Assembly: GCA_964106645.2 (NCBI GenBank)
Contig: OZ067039.1
Strand: one strand, 5' to 3'
DNA length: 64,000 bases
Origin: Podarcis pityusensis
Taxonomy: Eukaryota
Both the position numbers and the translations under genes were made by a program. Below, in pieces: positions 39,664 through 52,700 of this stretch. How positions within the stretch are numbered: position 1 is the first letter of the stretch; each line of letters starts with the position of its first letter. Below the pieces are notes generated by a model that did not search any database, was not told the DNA's origin, and was given only the letters and a program-made list of their open reading frames with translations.

Positions 39664-40792
39664 CTGGAAAGAAAGAGAAACAGGAAGGGGGATTTTATTT
39701 TATTATTTTATTTTTAACCTGCAAAGTGAATGTGCCTGAAGAAAATGATCACCGACACAGCACATGAATGCATAACAATGTGGCAAGCCAGTTAGCTTTG
39801 CTTAAACAGACGGCATCCTAGCAGAAATTGCCTCGAGATTTGTTGCTGGAGAGTCCCAGAAGCGGAGCAGAGTGAGAGCTTTGCTCTGCGCTTTTCTCGC
39901 TCCCCCCCCCCTCTTCTGTTTTAACCGATGCATTATGCACATCTTCTGAGCGGTGTGTAGGATAAGCTTTTTTAGTAGTCAAGACAACCACAATGTTCTT
40001 TTCAATTCAGAATAAAATATAAACTTAATAGCAGGGAGGAGGGGGGGCGGGAAAACCAGGAAAGCTCAGAACACTATGGGGCCTATTCATAAAAAGAAAA
40101 AGTTAATATATTTTTAATTCAAAAAGCATGGCTGTACACTTAACTAGCTACTACCAGAGCACAGAACCTGATTCACAACGTGCTCTGTAAAACTCCAGCC
40201 TAGTTAACTATGCTAACAAATTAAAGGAGAGTAAATTCCTGTCAATGCAAACAAACAAGTTCTGGAAAACAAGAGACTAAGCCAGTAACACAGATGCACC
40301 AGTACCTAAAATGCCATGTCAGTATTTAAGTCTGCTTCGTGTGTTATCTATCTAGGCATACACCTTATGTGACACAATATGTTAATCCAGGGTGAGGAGG
40401 TAGGGGTCGCCTGGATGTTGTTGTACTATAACTCCCATCATCCCTGACCACCGGCCATGCTGGCTAAAGCTGAGGGAATCTAGAGGCCAACAACACCCGT
40501 TAAGTCATCAAAGACATGTTGGTCATAATGTGGAGATGGGGAACAACTGAGGGGGTGGAGAGGGGCTGCTTAATCTTCCTCCCATCTGCCAGTGCTCCCC
40601 AAACCTCATCCCTTTCCCAGGCCAGGCATATTTCTAGGCTCAGATATAGCTGGTCAGAAAAAAAGGGGGAAGAAGCAAGCCACAAGGAGAGGGGGAAGGG
40701 AGAACTGGGGGGCAGCAGAAGGATTAAGCACCCTCATGCTATCTGCCAATTCACCCAGCAGTTGTCCCCACACTGGGGTCAGGGGTAAACTT

Positions 40793-41015
40793 GACAGCCA
40801 GTGTTGGTGCAGCAGTTAGAGTGTCGTACTAGGACCTGGGAGACCAGGGTTCAAATCGCCACTTTACTAAGAAGCTCACTGGGTCACCTTAGGCCAGCCA
40901 CCACCTCTCTGCCTAACCTATCTCATAGGGCTGTTGTGGGCATGAAATGAGGAGGGGGAGAACCATGTGCATCACCTCCTTGGAGGGAAATAGATGGGGT
41001 ATAAATGCAATAACC
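40793..41015 (+). mobile_element. MIR/CORE-like tRNA SINE
   Basis: ggacctgggagaccagggttcaaatc is identical to the copy at 2927-2952. Confidence 0.75.
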
Positions 41016-42340
41016 AAACAAGCCCAGGGTTAGGAATATGTTTGCTTTGCAGCATCTAGCTCTAGCCTAGGATGCATTAAATAAATGCCTCAAAGTGGTA
41101 AGTGATCAGTACGTGTTTACAAACATGCATGTCGCACACAGCCACACTTGTCAGGGAGCGGATCCCTGTCACGTGTTCTCTAGGTGGCCAGCCCAGATTT
41201 TTGCTGCCACAGAATGTGTGGAATAAATCATTTCCAAACGGTGGGACTTCAAGCTGTCCTGGCCGGCCCATTCCGCCTGCTCCTGTACCTTTAAGGGTGC
41301 AGTCCTGCACAGGCTGACTCTAAGTTGGTGGAGCTTACAGCTGAGTCAATAAATAAAGCATCAGCCTGGGCTGCAAAAACTGACAAGGAAGGGGAAGCTG
41401 TGCCACTATGCCATTTGCACACTGCAACATTCTACATCACAACAGAAATCCATGCGCCATCTGAAGGAAATTTACAGTTTCCCACCTCAGGGAAGGACTT
41501 TGGGGCAGACACCCATGTCCCCCTTCAGCTGAAGGGCCCCCAAACACTGCAGAAGTAATAGACTGTTGCTGTTTAAAGAGAAAGGATCCTCCATAAGACC
41601 ATGAAGCCTAATGGGCTAGAACACAAAATCATTGGTCTGGCCCTTTAAAAGACTTTTTATTCTGCAGCAATCAGCAGGCAAAGATTTTTATGGTACAGAA
41701 CTGCCCTCACCTGCTAATTGATGCTGATCAAATGGCTGGTAAAGGAACAGCTATGGCCAGCGGGGGGGGGGGGGGTTCAGTTCAATAGTTGGCAACCCTA
41801 AAAGAAAAGGCTGGCTGCTGAAACCTGCAACAAGCTATTTATTGAGGTCCAATAAAAATGGCAAACAACCTCATGCAGAGTGTACTGCTGTGCAGGGGCA
41901 TATGTTTTTGCAGGATGGAGCTCTGCATTTGCAATACTTAACCTTTCGTGCCATCTTGTTAAAGGTAGGCCATTAGTAAACTCCTTTTACTAGGGTGAGC
42001 AGATGCAGAGGAGGGCAGGGCTCCTGTATTTGTCTTTACTAGTTGCAAAGAAAGGGGGTGTTTTCAGCAGGAGCGGCTTATCCTGCAACGGCAAGAAAGC
42101 CTGCGTCGACTGAAACGCCCTCCTCTACACAACAGTTTTAAAAAATACAGAAGCTCTCTTGTCCTTTGTCCTCATGTGCTCCCCCTGTGCTTTACCAACC
42201 GCAGGCAGGAAATGCTTCCAAATTCACCAGCAACTTAGGTGCTGCATAGAGGTGCATCTTCCTGTCTTCTGTCTCCAGTAATGAGTGAAATAGCATTTGT
42301 AGATACCCAGATGACCTACAAAACCATGTGTGCATCTTCC

Positions 42341-42629
42341 TGGGCAGACTTTGGTACTGTGGTGGCCTAAGCTAGCCCAAAACTTGCCACCCCAGCCCTC
42401 ATGCCATGCCAGGCTTTGGGGAAGAGGGAGGAGGGCTCTGGAAGGGTCCTAGAGCCTTCCTACCTCCTTCCCAAAGCAGTAATTAGGCTTCAAGAAGGTG
42501 AGAGGACTCTAGGACCCTGTCAGAGCCCTCACGTCTCCTTCTCCTAGCTCAGCAAGTGCTTACCAGGCTCCCTCTGCACTGGGTGCCCAGTGTGGGGAAA
42601 CTGGTCACACTGCCCTAAAACCACCTCTG
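42341..42629. mobile_element. hAT-like MITE with long internal palindrome
   Basis: Flanked by CATCTTCC on both sides. The right end is the reverse complement of the left end of the 48941 element. Internal inverted arms at ~42431-42457 and ~42503-42530. Confidence 0.65.
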
Positions 42630-43533
42630 CATCTTCCATCGATGCTTCTATATAATGCAAGAATAGGAAAATACTGCCTTGGCTCAATCAGACCAAAGTT
42701 CTGCCTAGCCCACTCTGTCTCCTGCAGTGGCCGAGCAATTCCAGTTATTCCAGGGGCCAGTTATTCCCACTGACCTGTTCTTATGTCAGGTACACTGGTT
42801 CTGAACATGGGTGTTCCATTTTGCTATCATTCATTCATTCAAAATGGTTATAGCCTGCCTTTCCTCAATGAGCCCAAGGTAGTTAATGATGCAAGTTGAA
42901 ACAATAACTTAACCATTCTAAAAACAATTTGGCAATGGAAAGAAAAACAACAGCTATAAAACATTAAAACAACGGAGAGAGTAGAATGTGTTTTTTTAAA
43001 TAAAAAAAATCCATCAAAAACAATGTAACCACAGCCATTAAAACTACTTCAAAAGGGAAACAACAGTTTATGTCCCCAAAGCCTTCCTAAAAATGAAATT
43101 TTGACTATCTTAACTAAGGAAGGCCATTAGAGTGTTTTGTTTTGTTTTGGAGGTAGAGAGTGGAATTAGCTTTCCTCAAGAGGGAGTTGTAGCACTTTAG
43201 GCAGCATAGTCATTGAATGACTTATAACCAGCTTCCTATTACACGTTTAGGCAATATTCATGTCTATGAGTGAATCGTTTCAAGATGTATACAAATAAAT
43301 GTGGCTCACACCTAACTTAGCCTCGTACTCCCATTTGCTTCAAAGAGAAAATGTATATTTACAATGTATCAGTAGATACCAGCCAATATCTACTGATGCT
43401 TTATTGATGTTTTTCATTACGCTTTATAGACATTTGTAGAGAGGTTCCATTGCATTTTATGTTGTAAGCTGCCTTGGTATATTTTATGAAAAACGGGGGG
43501 TCATAAACATTCAAATATATAAATAAATTAAAA

Positions 43534-43677
43534 TGCACATAGCTCAGTTGGTAGAGCATGAGAATCTTAATCTCAGGGTTGTGGGTTCGAGCCTCACGTT
43601 GGGCAAAAGATTCCTGCATTGCAGGGAGTTGAACTAGATGACTCTTGTGGTCCCATCCAACTCCACAATTCTATGAT
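43534..43677 (+). mobile_element. tRNA-Lys(CTT)-headed SINE with CR1-type tail
   Basis: tagctcagttggtagagcatgagaatcttaatctcagggttgtgggttcgagcctcacgttgggc followed by cctgcattgcagggagttgaactagatgac...ccaact...attctatgat. Confidence 0.88.
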
Positions 43678-43799
43678 GCCAGAGCTGCAGTCCGCGCATC
43701 ATTTGGCACACCCTTACTAAAAAGGGTACTGCATAAAAACTTTGCTTTTAAAAGTATAAGTCGTTTCATGGCATCCCTAACACAAACCAACAAGTAAAA

Positions 43800-43801
<2 letters not shown>

Positions 43802-43843
<42 letters not shown>
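43802..43843. repeat. (TG)n microsatellite
   Basis: Read directly. Further (CA)/(TG) tracts at 35761-35783, 44704-44742 and 46594-46632. Confidence 0.95.
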
Positions 43844-43844
<1 letters not shown>

Positions 43845-44699
43845 CCAGCTCAAGCAAACTAGTACAGCTAAACAAGCGGAACAAAGCCATGCATAAAATG
43901 AGACGGCTTGGCACTGCGGTAACTTTGCTTTTGAAAAGGTTGCCCACTGAAAGCGATAGGAGGGGGTGAGGTTTGCCTGTGCAGCAGTCATGAATCTCAG
44001 CCAGCAAAAGTAATTGCTTAAACATAGTATTATCACACTCCAGTACGGTATACTATATTTTAATATGATTTAGTAGTGCCATAAATAATAGCACTGATGT
44101 TGCTGTAGCTTTCTGCAGCCTTCACGCCAACGTCACTTTTTAAAAAAGCTCTAACAGAGCTTGTACAGAGGGACTAACTTTATTGCAGAGGGTTTGGGGG
44201 GGGGAGTGTGTCTTCCCTGGGCCCAGATCTTACCCCTTTCTCATCAACCAAGATCTTAGCTTGCATTTCAGAGGGATTTCAGCCTGTACTCCTTTGCATA
44301 TATTGTTCCACTTGTTTCACCCACTGGGGCTTTGTTTACCAAGTGCGTTTCTCTTTTCCCTTTTGAAAAGCCACTGGCTTCCTATCCTGACATGCTTAGC
44401 AGGATCTGAGCTCAGTACTGCAAGGGGGGAAAAGGTTAGAGAAAGGGATGCAGCTCGGTAACACTGCAAGTTAGTTGCATGCCGTTTCCAACCATCAGCA
44501 TCTTTCATTTAAACAGATCTTGGGGATCAGGGCTGCAAAGGATCGGTGCCTGAAGTCTTTAAGAATTGATGCCAGTTAGAGCCAGTATCTGATCAATGTC
44601 CGCAGTGCCATCTGGGCACATGGCAGGGGGCCCAATGCCAGGGGTGAGAAGCAAAATTGTGGGAACCAGCAAATGTTTACCTTTATACAGCGGGCTTGT

Positions 44700-44744
<45 letters not shown>

Positions 44745-46592
44745 CTCTATATTCTTCACTCCAGGCAACCAAGAGGCATGATCTGTTCAAGGATACATTC
44801 CAGTTAGGCAAAAAAAATACTTGAAGGTGTGAAATTGGGCTGCTGAGCACCAGATAGAGAGGCCCTGGAGGGCCACATCTGGCTCCCACTACTGAGTTAG
44901 AGTGAACTGCACTGGGCTAGACAACTCCATATCCACTCACCTATTTACAGGCACATCTCACTGCCTTCAGTGGAACTTTGAGCTGATTCATACTTTTCCA
45001 TAATGGTGACTTAACATGAAAGCACTCCATGTCAAAATCCCTCTGTAAGTGCAAAGCCAGTGCATGCAGATGAAGTGGGTTTTGGATGTGCAAGGAGAAC
45101 TAGGGGTGGTTTGAAACATCCCATCTCCCTAAGGTGCCGTGAGGCAGTTTCACCCAGATTCTGCCACGCGCCTCACAGAATTGCTTGAACCAGCTCTAAC
45201 TTACAGGTCCCTGGGCTTGGAAACACAGAGAAACCCTCATGTTAAAAGCATTTGTGGTGATCCAGAGATCTCTTGCAGATGAGGGGGATCTGCTGTGCAG
45301 AGAGGCAGAAAAACATTCCCATGGATTGAGTCTTGCACACAATTAAAGTGAATGAGGAAACCACTCCATGCAAGGGGGTCTGGGTGCACATCGGAGTGCA
45401 CACAGAGTTCTGGATCTGTGCAAGTAAACACTATACTGCACTAGAATCATTAGTACTAATTCCTACATCAGATGGTGCTTTTAAAAAACACACAGTAATT
45501 TGCCTCGTGGAATTTTTAAGGAATATTTACAAGTAGCGGTTTACCTGCAAATCATCAGGACCAGATACAGGTTCATTTAATATAAATATAAATCAATTAT
45601 TTAAATAAATGAAGTTTTAGTCTACTGTGATTTTTGCAGGTTTAGAATTTTTTTTTAAATCTTCCTAGAATCAAAAGGCAACACAAGTGATTGATGCTGT
45701 GGGGTTCGTATGTTATCAAGAGTGGACTTTTTGACCGCAGGAATGGAAGAATACCAAAGGCTTAATTGCATTTGATATGTCAGGTTATCGGGGCGCTGCC
45801 AAAAAGCCAGCGAAGCTGGGGCAATGGTGTTTTGTGCTGAATAATTGATTTTGCATTTAATACAGCACAGTAGGGCCCCAAAGGATCCCACCCCCTACTT
45901 AAGTAAGAACTGAAAATGTTGAAGCCCCACCACTGTGCATGCTCAGCTGCCAATCTTGCCGGCACCGGAGTCAATGTGAGTTTAATTGCAGCAACATCAG
46001 CTTCACTAGCAGCTACAAATAAGAGCAAGCAGATTTAATTCCCTCCCTTTCTTCACTTCCTCTCCATGCATCTGCTATGCTTACTTAACCTCCAGGTACC
46101 TACTTTTTAAAAAACAAAACCCAGCTAAATAGCAATAATGAACAAACAGAGTCAACAGTGTGGTATCTAATCACCTGTCTGTTGTGTTTAACATCAGCAG
46201 TCCTTTTGCTTACGTGCATAACATCCTTAGCCTTGCGATGCACTAGGGGCTCACTTCAATTTCTTTGCACTCAGCTATTATCAAGGCAACTGCATGTATT
46301 AAAACAGAATGCATGGCTGGGAGATGGACGCTGCCTACTTTTTTCAGCTCCCATTCTATGAGCCACATATAGAGGTTACCAAAAGTTTTGCATTTCCTTT
46401 AGGATTGCCAACTAGATAAAAGCAAAAACAACCCACTCCTGCCCTATAACAAAGCTTCAATTTGCATAAACCAGCAGGCACCACTTTTGCAGCTAAGCAT
46501 TATCACCTGCCAATTGCTGCCTATCAAACTGTGCTTGAAGAGAGAGCTGCATGTGCCGATTTGAAAGTTGGCAACCTTAACCCCCCCCCACA

Positions 46593-46635
<43 letters not shown>

Positions 46636-46795
46636 TTGGGTTGTGCAGATGCTCCTCAGTATTTCCTTCTTTGCAAGAACAAAAAGGCAAGCCAGTTCTA
46701 GGAGCCTATTTGACCAAACACAATTTTACCCGCATTTCAGATTGTTTACTGATAATAGCTGTTCAATGAATTGCATTAAATGCCATGCATGTGTT

Positions 46796-46935
46796 GGGAA
46801 GGACCTTAGCTCAGTGGCAGAGCATTTGCTTTGCATGCAGAAAGTCCCAGGTTCAGTCCCTGACATCTCCTGGAGAGCTACTACTACCAGTCAGTTTAGA
46901 CAATGCTTAGAAAGCTGGTCTGACTTGACATAAGG
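46796..46935 (+). mobile_element. Squam3-like tRNA SINE, internally deleted
   Basis: gggaaggaccttagctcagtggcagagcatttgctttgcatgcagaaagtcccaggttcagtccc, paralogous to 14784. Confidence 0.75.
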
Positions 46936-48261
46936 GACACTTACAAACACAACATTCCTGCCAAGATTGCCCCTACATTATATGTGAGCCTGGTCCATCC
47001 AAGGTGCTTAGGATCTGTGCACAAGCACCAGGGAAATTAGATCCATTTCACCCAACTATGTTGAGCAGGTTGATGCACCATGTGTTCATGCAGAAACAAT
47101 GCAGTGGACATGACCAACACCATGCAAAAGCAAGATCATGCAAAAAAAAAAAAAAAGGACAGTCCATGCACTCAATGGCCAAGTCCCATGAACACTTTGC
47201 CTGCTGCAGAGTGAAATCCAGTCAAAGGGGAGGAAAGAGACTGTCTTGGGCAGAGAAATTGCAAGAAGTGGTCCTTAGTGTTTGTTCAATAAGCTGGCGT
47301 TACTTGGCTAAACTTGACATGCGAGTGTCTAGAATGTTGCAGGTATTTAATTCATTAAGGGCCTGTGGAGAACAGCCTCTTGTTATCCTTCCCTTGTGCC
47401 ATTACCAAGGCTAAAAAATGGCAAACTAGATTTATTTGGAAGAATAAGTTTGCAGACCTCTAAGCTGCAATGAAGGACCTGGAAGACCAAAAGAATCCCC
47501 ACCCCTCTGTGGATGAATTATCAAATAACAGGATACACAGGGTGCCACTCTATTTTGGCTCTCTAAGCCACTCTTAGGATGTTACCTCTTCTCGCAAATG
47601 GCACAATATAAGAAGTGTGGGGCTGACTGGTTAGCTTACAGTTGCTGTCTGTGCTCACAAACCATGGCGGCAAACATTTACAACAGTTGGTTTCAGGACG
47701 GAAGGAAGAACAGTCTCAGATCTTTGCAGCTGACAGAAACTCAGGTCCCACTACAGGAAGTTGCTAAATTATGATTCCTTTAAATACACACGCAGGCACG
47801 CAGGCACAACCCTTCTATTGTATGCATTAAATGAAAATGGTGTATTTATCTAAATATTTCCAAATATTTTTTATGCTCTGTTCATGAAACCAAGACCTTT
47901 GGTGGGATAATTGTCAAAGTTATGCAGGGCTCTGCTCCGGTGAAACCCAGTTACAAAAGGAGATTAATAAATTAGGAAGAAGTGAAGTGAAAGTACCCCG
48001 GTATAAAGTTAGACTACTGTAGTACTAAAAATAATTTTGCAAATGTACACCATAACCCACATGGGTAAAGAAATAAACAACCATGTGATGCAATCCCCCC
48101 CCCCCCCCGGTGTGGGTGTGTTTGTCTTTTGTAGTTTTAACTCTGGGGTATGTCTTGATAGGAGGCTGAAAAAGTATATTAAAAAGGCAATTAAATCCTT
48201 TCCCCTTACCTCCAACTAGGACCATTATGTTTATTAATTTAGAAATAATTTTTAATAAATG

Positions 48262-48410
48262 GCTTTTAGAAGACATTTGAAGGCAGCCCTGTTTAGGGAA
48301 GTTTTTAATGTTTGATGTTTTATCGTGTTATTAATATTCTGTTGGGAGCCGCCCAGAGTGGCTGGGGAAACCCAGTCAGATGGGCGGGGTATAAATACAT
48401 ACATACATAT
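48262..48410 (+). mobile_element. LINE (L2-type) 3' end with (TACA)n tail
   Basis: gaagacatttgaaggcagccctgtttaggg...gggagccgcccagagtggctggggaaacccagtcagatgggcggggtataaat, typical of lizard L2 3' UTRs (recognition only). Confidence 0.65.
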
Positions 48411-48429
48411 ATACATGCTACTACTACTA

Positions 48430-49330
48430 CTTATTAAAAACATTTCTATCCTGCTTTTCATTGCTAGTGATTTCAAAGTGGGTTACAAGTTAAAAGCAAC
48501 ACAAAAAAACACTCAACAGCTTAAGAACAGGAGCAAATGCACGGCAACTGAAGAGGTCAGGACAAATAAGTCTGACATTAAATGTTGAGGAAGGCCTGAG
48601 CAAAAAGTCCAGTCTTTAGCTGGTGCCCAAAGCTGAACAGGATCAGCATCCATCCTATTTCAAAGGGAAGAGCATTCCAAAGGCAAGGTGCCCCCACCGA
48701 GAAGCCTCTCCCCCACAACGCTGCCATACAAATATCAAAAAATGGTGAGGCTGTTGAGAGCCACCTTAGCTGACTTTAATATACAGGCTGGTCTATAGAG
48801 GAGCAGGTGTCATCCCAGGAATTGAGTTTCCAAGTTGTTTGGGGCTTTCTGTACACAAGTACCATGAAACTGGCTCAGTCACATATTAGAAGCCACTGCA
48901 GTTCTTCCACAATTCGTGCTCACTGCAGGCCACCTCTGACCAGGGGTGGATTTAAGGGAACACGACTGGTTCGCCCACACTGGGTGCCAAACCGAGAGGG
49001 AACAGCAACAATGATGAATAACAGAAAGTGAGAGGTGGGAGGGGGTGAATTTTGGCATTGCACAGGGAGCCACTGAAATTGTGAAGCCCACCACTGCTCT
49101 GACAGGAGCCTAGCCACATGCAACAAAAAGAGTAATCCAAACATGAGGTTATCAGCACATGGGCCACAGGAGCCAAGTTCTCCCTGTCATAGAACGGCAA
49201 CAGCTGGTGAACCAGCCAAAGCTGAAAAGAGGTGCTCCTCAACAACAAATATTCTAGGAGCAACCCAAACTATGCACTGGTTCACTCATTAGGAGTGCAA
49301 CCCCCTCCAGAACAGGACCTCTGACTCATT
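48430..49330 (-). mobile_element. L2 LINE fragment with RT C-terminal remnant
   Basis: Translation FQLWLVHQLLPFYDRENLAPVAHVLITSCLDYS matches the L2 motif QLRLxRQLRPFL...LxTVVHALVTSRLDYCN. Stops and frameshifts are present. Confidence 0.8.
48941..49096. mobile_element. hAT-like MITE inserted in the L2 fragment
   Basis: CAGGGGTGG...CCACCACTG flanked by the direct repeat CTCTGAC (48934-48940, 49097-49103). Confidence 0.8.
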
Positions 49331-49476
49331 GGGATATATGTCCAACCACACTGGGGGTTTTTTAAATGCACAGATTTGGATATTCCTGCGGGACGTGCTC
49401 TATAGTCATAACTAACTTGTTCCATTAGCTGCAATGTTACTTAGGAGCAGCTAACTTTAGCTGGATTGGAGCCCAT

Positions 49477-49710
49477 GGGTTGTATCCAACAATGTTGCTG
49501 AGCAGGCAGTAAGGTTTTCATCTGCAGAGTAGGGTACTAAGGGGTTTTTTTGCAATTTCTCCCCACCCACTCCTCCAAACCTCTGCACCATATTTATGGC
49601 AGGTGAGGGGGGCTGCAGGGATGGGTGGGATAATTGCCTCAAATTGCCAAAATCTCCTTTCTGCTGGCAGCAGTCTTCTGTTAGCTGAACACCACCACTG
49701 GATATAACCC
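49477..49710. mobile_element. Harbinger-like MITE (GGGTTGTATCCA TIR)
   Basis: GGGTTGTATCCA...TGGATATAACCC. Internal similarity to 26040-26250. Confidence 0.6.
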
Positions 49711-52700
49711 AATGTGCATAAATGGTCACGAACCAATCCCTATGTCCCTATATCCAGCAAATTATCTCTTACCACTTGGGATATCTGAGTGCTATCTAAC
49801 ATTATGCAGACAAATAGGTGTCCACATAAAAGAAGCATTTTATACATCAGGTTGCATCCATAGGTCTATGTCTGAAGAAGGGCAAAGAGTATTTAGATAA
49901 TCATAAAATACCAATCATAAGGGTTTAGACTATCATGTTGTATTGATAAAGCCTTGGAAATATTTAGGAATGAGTGCTTAGATTCTGGATTAAAATAATT
50001 TCCACTTGCAATATTTAACCAGCCACTAATTCTGATTTCCGCCTGCAGAGCAGCCCCTCATTATTTGCTATAATGTTTTAATAGGTACAGCAATAAGGGA
50101 TTGCCCAGACTGGCCCCCAAAATATAGCGATTATTTTTCTTGCTCAACAGCCCTAAACCAAAAGACGCTAATCATTGTTCTCATTCTCTCATCCCTGGCA
50201 TGTTAGCTCACAAATCAACTTGAATTCACATGAATTAAATAAAATTCTTGCCCCCCCTTAATATGTTCGTTTTCAACGCTTCTCAAACATTCACATGGAA
50301 ACAACTCTAGCGTAAATATCCCAGAACAAATGGCTGTATATTATACAGGAGGGAGCAGTTGGGCTGCCAGACTGGGAATGCACTAGGCCATCTGGCCAAG
50401 GCAGTCGCTCCAAAATCCTCAGCTTTGTTTTCACCCCCAGACTCCAAACAACACATTTTCCACTGTGATGAGTTTACATTTTCCCAAACACACAGGTCCT
50501 GATCATGCATGCAAATTTCAGACTTCTGCATTCTTCTCCGTATGAGGAAATTAAAATCACCTGCACTTTCTGACATGCAACCAAAGGAACACTAAAGCTG
50601 CTGGAACCTGGCTCGATTGCAAACTTTCTCTCTTGTGTTTTCAAAGGCGCATTGCGCTCAATAGCTCAGATTCTGCGGAGTTCTTTTCTGAATGTATTCA
50701 TAATATTTTAATCGCCTATGTGCCAGCCACAGAACCATGCAATATGCTGAGCAGAGAGCTGATTGAATACCTGTGTGCATTGGCACAGCAGGATCGTGGC
50801 AAAAATGGAAAACTACATATGTACCATGTGCATCATGCTCAGTGGCAGGGAGGGGAGGGAACAGACATCTATAGAGTTATTTGAAACAATGTTTGATATA
50901 GCATGTAGAATGCCTTAGATGGGGGAAAGTTCTGCAGGACACAGCTCTACTTATTTCTACGAAGTGCATTAGGACTGAACTGTGAGAAGATCTGCTCTCA
51001 GCACTGAAGAGAACTTAACGTTGTTCAGTGAAGGGTATTGTTTATCAGGTTGCATACATGTATATTTACATGCACATTATTCCAGAGCTGAGAAGCACCG
51101 ACGGCATCCAGCTTTACATTGCCAATATGCCCAATGCCAAATGTGATATAGACACATAAACACAACATGATACATGTACACACCTGAAGGCCTGACCAAT
51201 GTTAAAACTTCAGGGACAAATTCACATGTTCGGGGCAAAGGAAGTAAGATTGGGTGTTTGCTTATATGCATGCAGAGACAAAATTAATGCCCATAAGCCT
51301 AAATCAGCTCTCACCAGTTGGGTTAAGCTTTGTCACTATACCAGGACCCAAGTCTAATTTCTTAGGCAGCGTCGGAGACTGCTAAATATAGGCAAGCAGT
51401 TGCATGCAGGTACTGTCCCATTTAAGCCAACAATGGCTTATTCATGAGTAACTATTTCAAGATTTCTACCCAAAATATACCCTTGTCTATTCTTAGGCTT
51501 TAGGGGTTGTTTTTTTAAAAAACCATACAGATGAAGTTGGGATAATATCCATGACTCATAAAGCACTATTACAACCTGCTTTATTTTTTTTAAAAAAGCA
51601 ATATCTCAAGCCCAGCATCTGTCCATGACTTTTCATACAGAGAGTCTCAAGCATCCAGACATTTAAACAAAGAAATAATAATAATACTAATACAATTGAA
51701 TGAAAGTGATTGCAATCACTGTGGATAATAAACCATCTATCAAAGTTTATTTTTCTGAATTAAATGATTATATAGTTCAGTTACCTGCATGCTTATGTCA
51801 ATATCACTATAGATTTAAAACACCCTTTCCCTTCAATACTGTCTCTTCACTGACACCTTCCTAGAGGCAAAAGGGACAACCTATTTGTTCATTAACCTTT
51901 TCAGATATATTTTTTTAAAAATAATATTTGCAAAAAAATGTCTTCAAAACAGTGACTGCCGTGTAGGACAATCATTGTTGACAAAGGCACGTGCGCAAGT
52001 CTCCCGCTGACGCCACCCCATTAAGGCATGCACGCTCCTGCCACAGTTTCATTTCGGAGTCATCATTCCATTATCCAATTTGTTCTGAGTCGTGTGTACT
52101 GGAATACTGCCCCTCTAAGTAGGTTGACAATATATGTTTAACTTGCATTAAAGATTAAAGATTTTTTTCCCCCAACCAGGCTTTGCACAATTTAATTACA
52201 AGCTGAAAGTTACTCGGGAATCTCCTATATATTATGCACACTCTGCGCTAAACCGCTAGCGATGTCTCCACATTTGGACACATTGGCAAGCCATATGTAG
52301 CACTGACCTTCCTTCCTTGATTAACTAGCGCACAGGCTTCGAGACCTCCCAAGCAAATTTGTTTTGAGCAGAAATTTAGCAAGCGTCTTTGCTTTCCAGA
52401 AATAATAATCAGATCACCACACACACAAACACTGATACAGCCACTGATTATATTTAAAGGCACATGTGCCACTTCTGAACACATTCATGGGCCTAACAAG
52501 GAAGCAAATAACACAACACCCTTATATCCACCAGCTTGCTATTTTCTACATTCACATCCAGAAGAGGCTTTTTAATGTAGTTCTGTAGCAACATTCTCCC
52601 TCAGATCTTGGTTCTGTCTATGTTATTTGTCAGTGATACTCTTCGATCCCACCCCAAACTCAAAAAAAGATACTGTATTTTTTTCCTCACTGCAGATTTA

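Noticed and set aside
43534-43606. tRNA-Lys(CTT) gene
   Set aside because: The 5' acceptor strand is missing or mismatched, and the sequence runs directly into a CR1-type SINE tail. The same applies to the tRNA-Ile-like head at 12110-12184.
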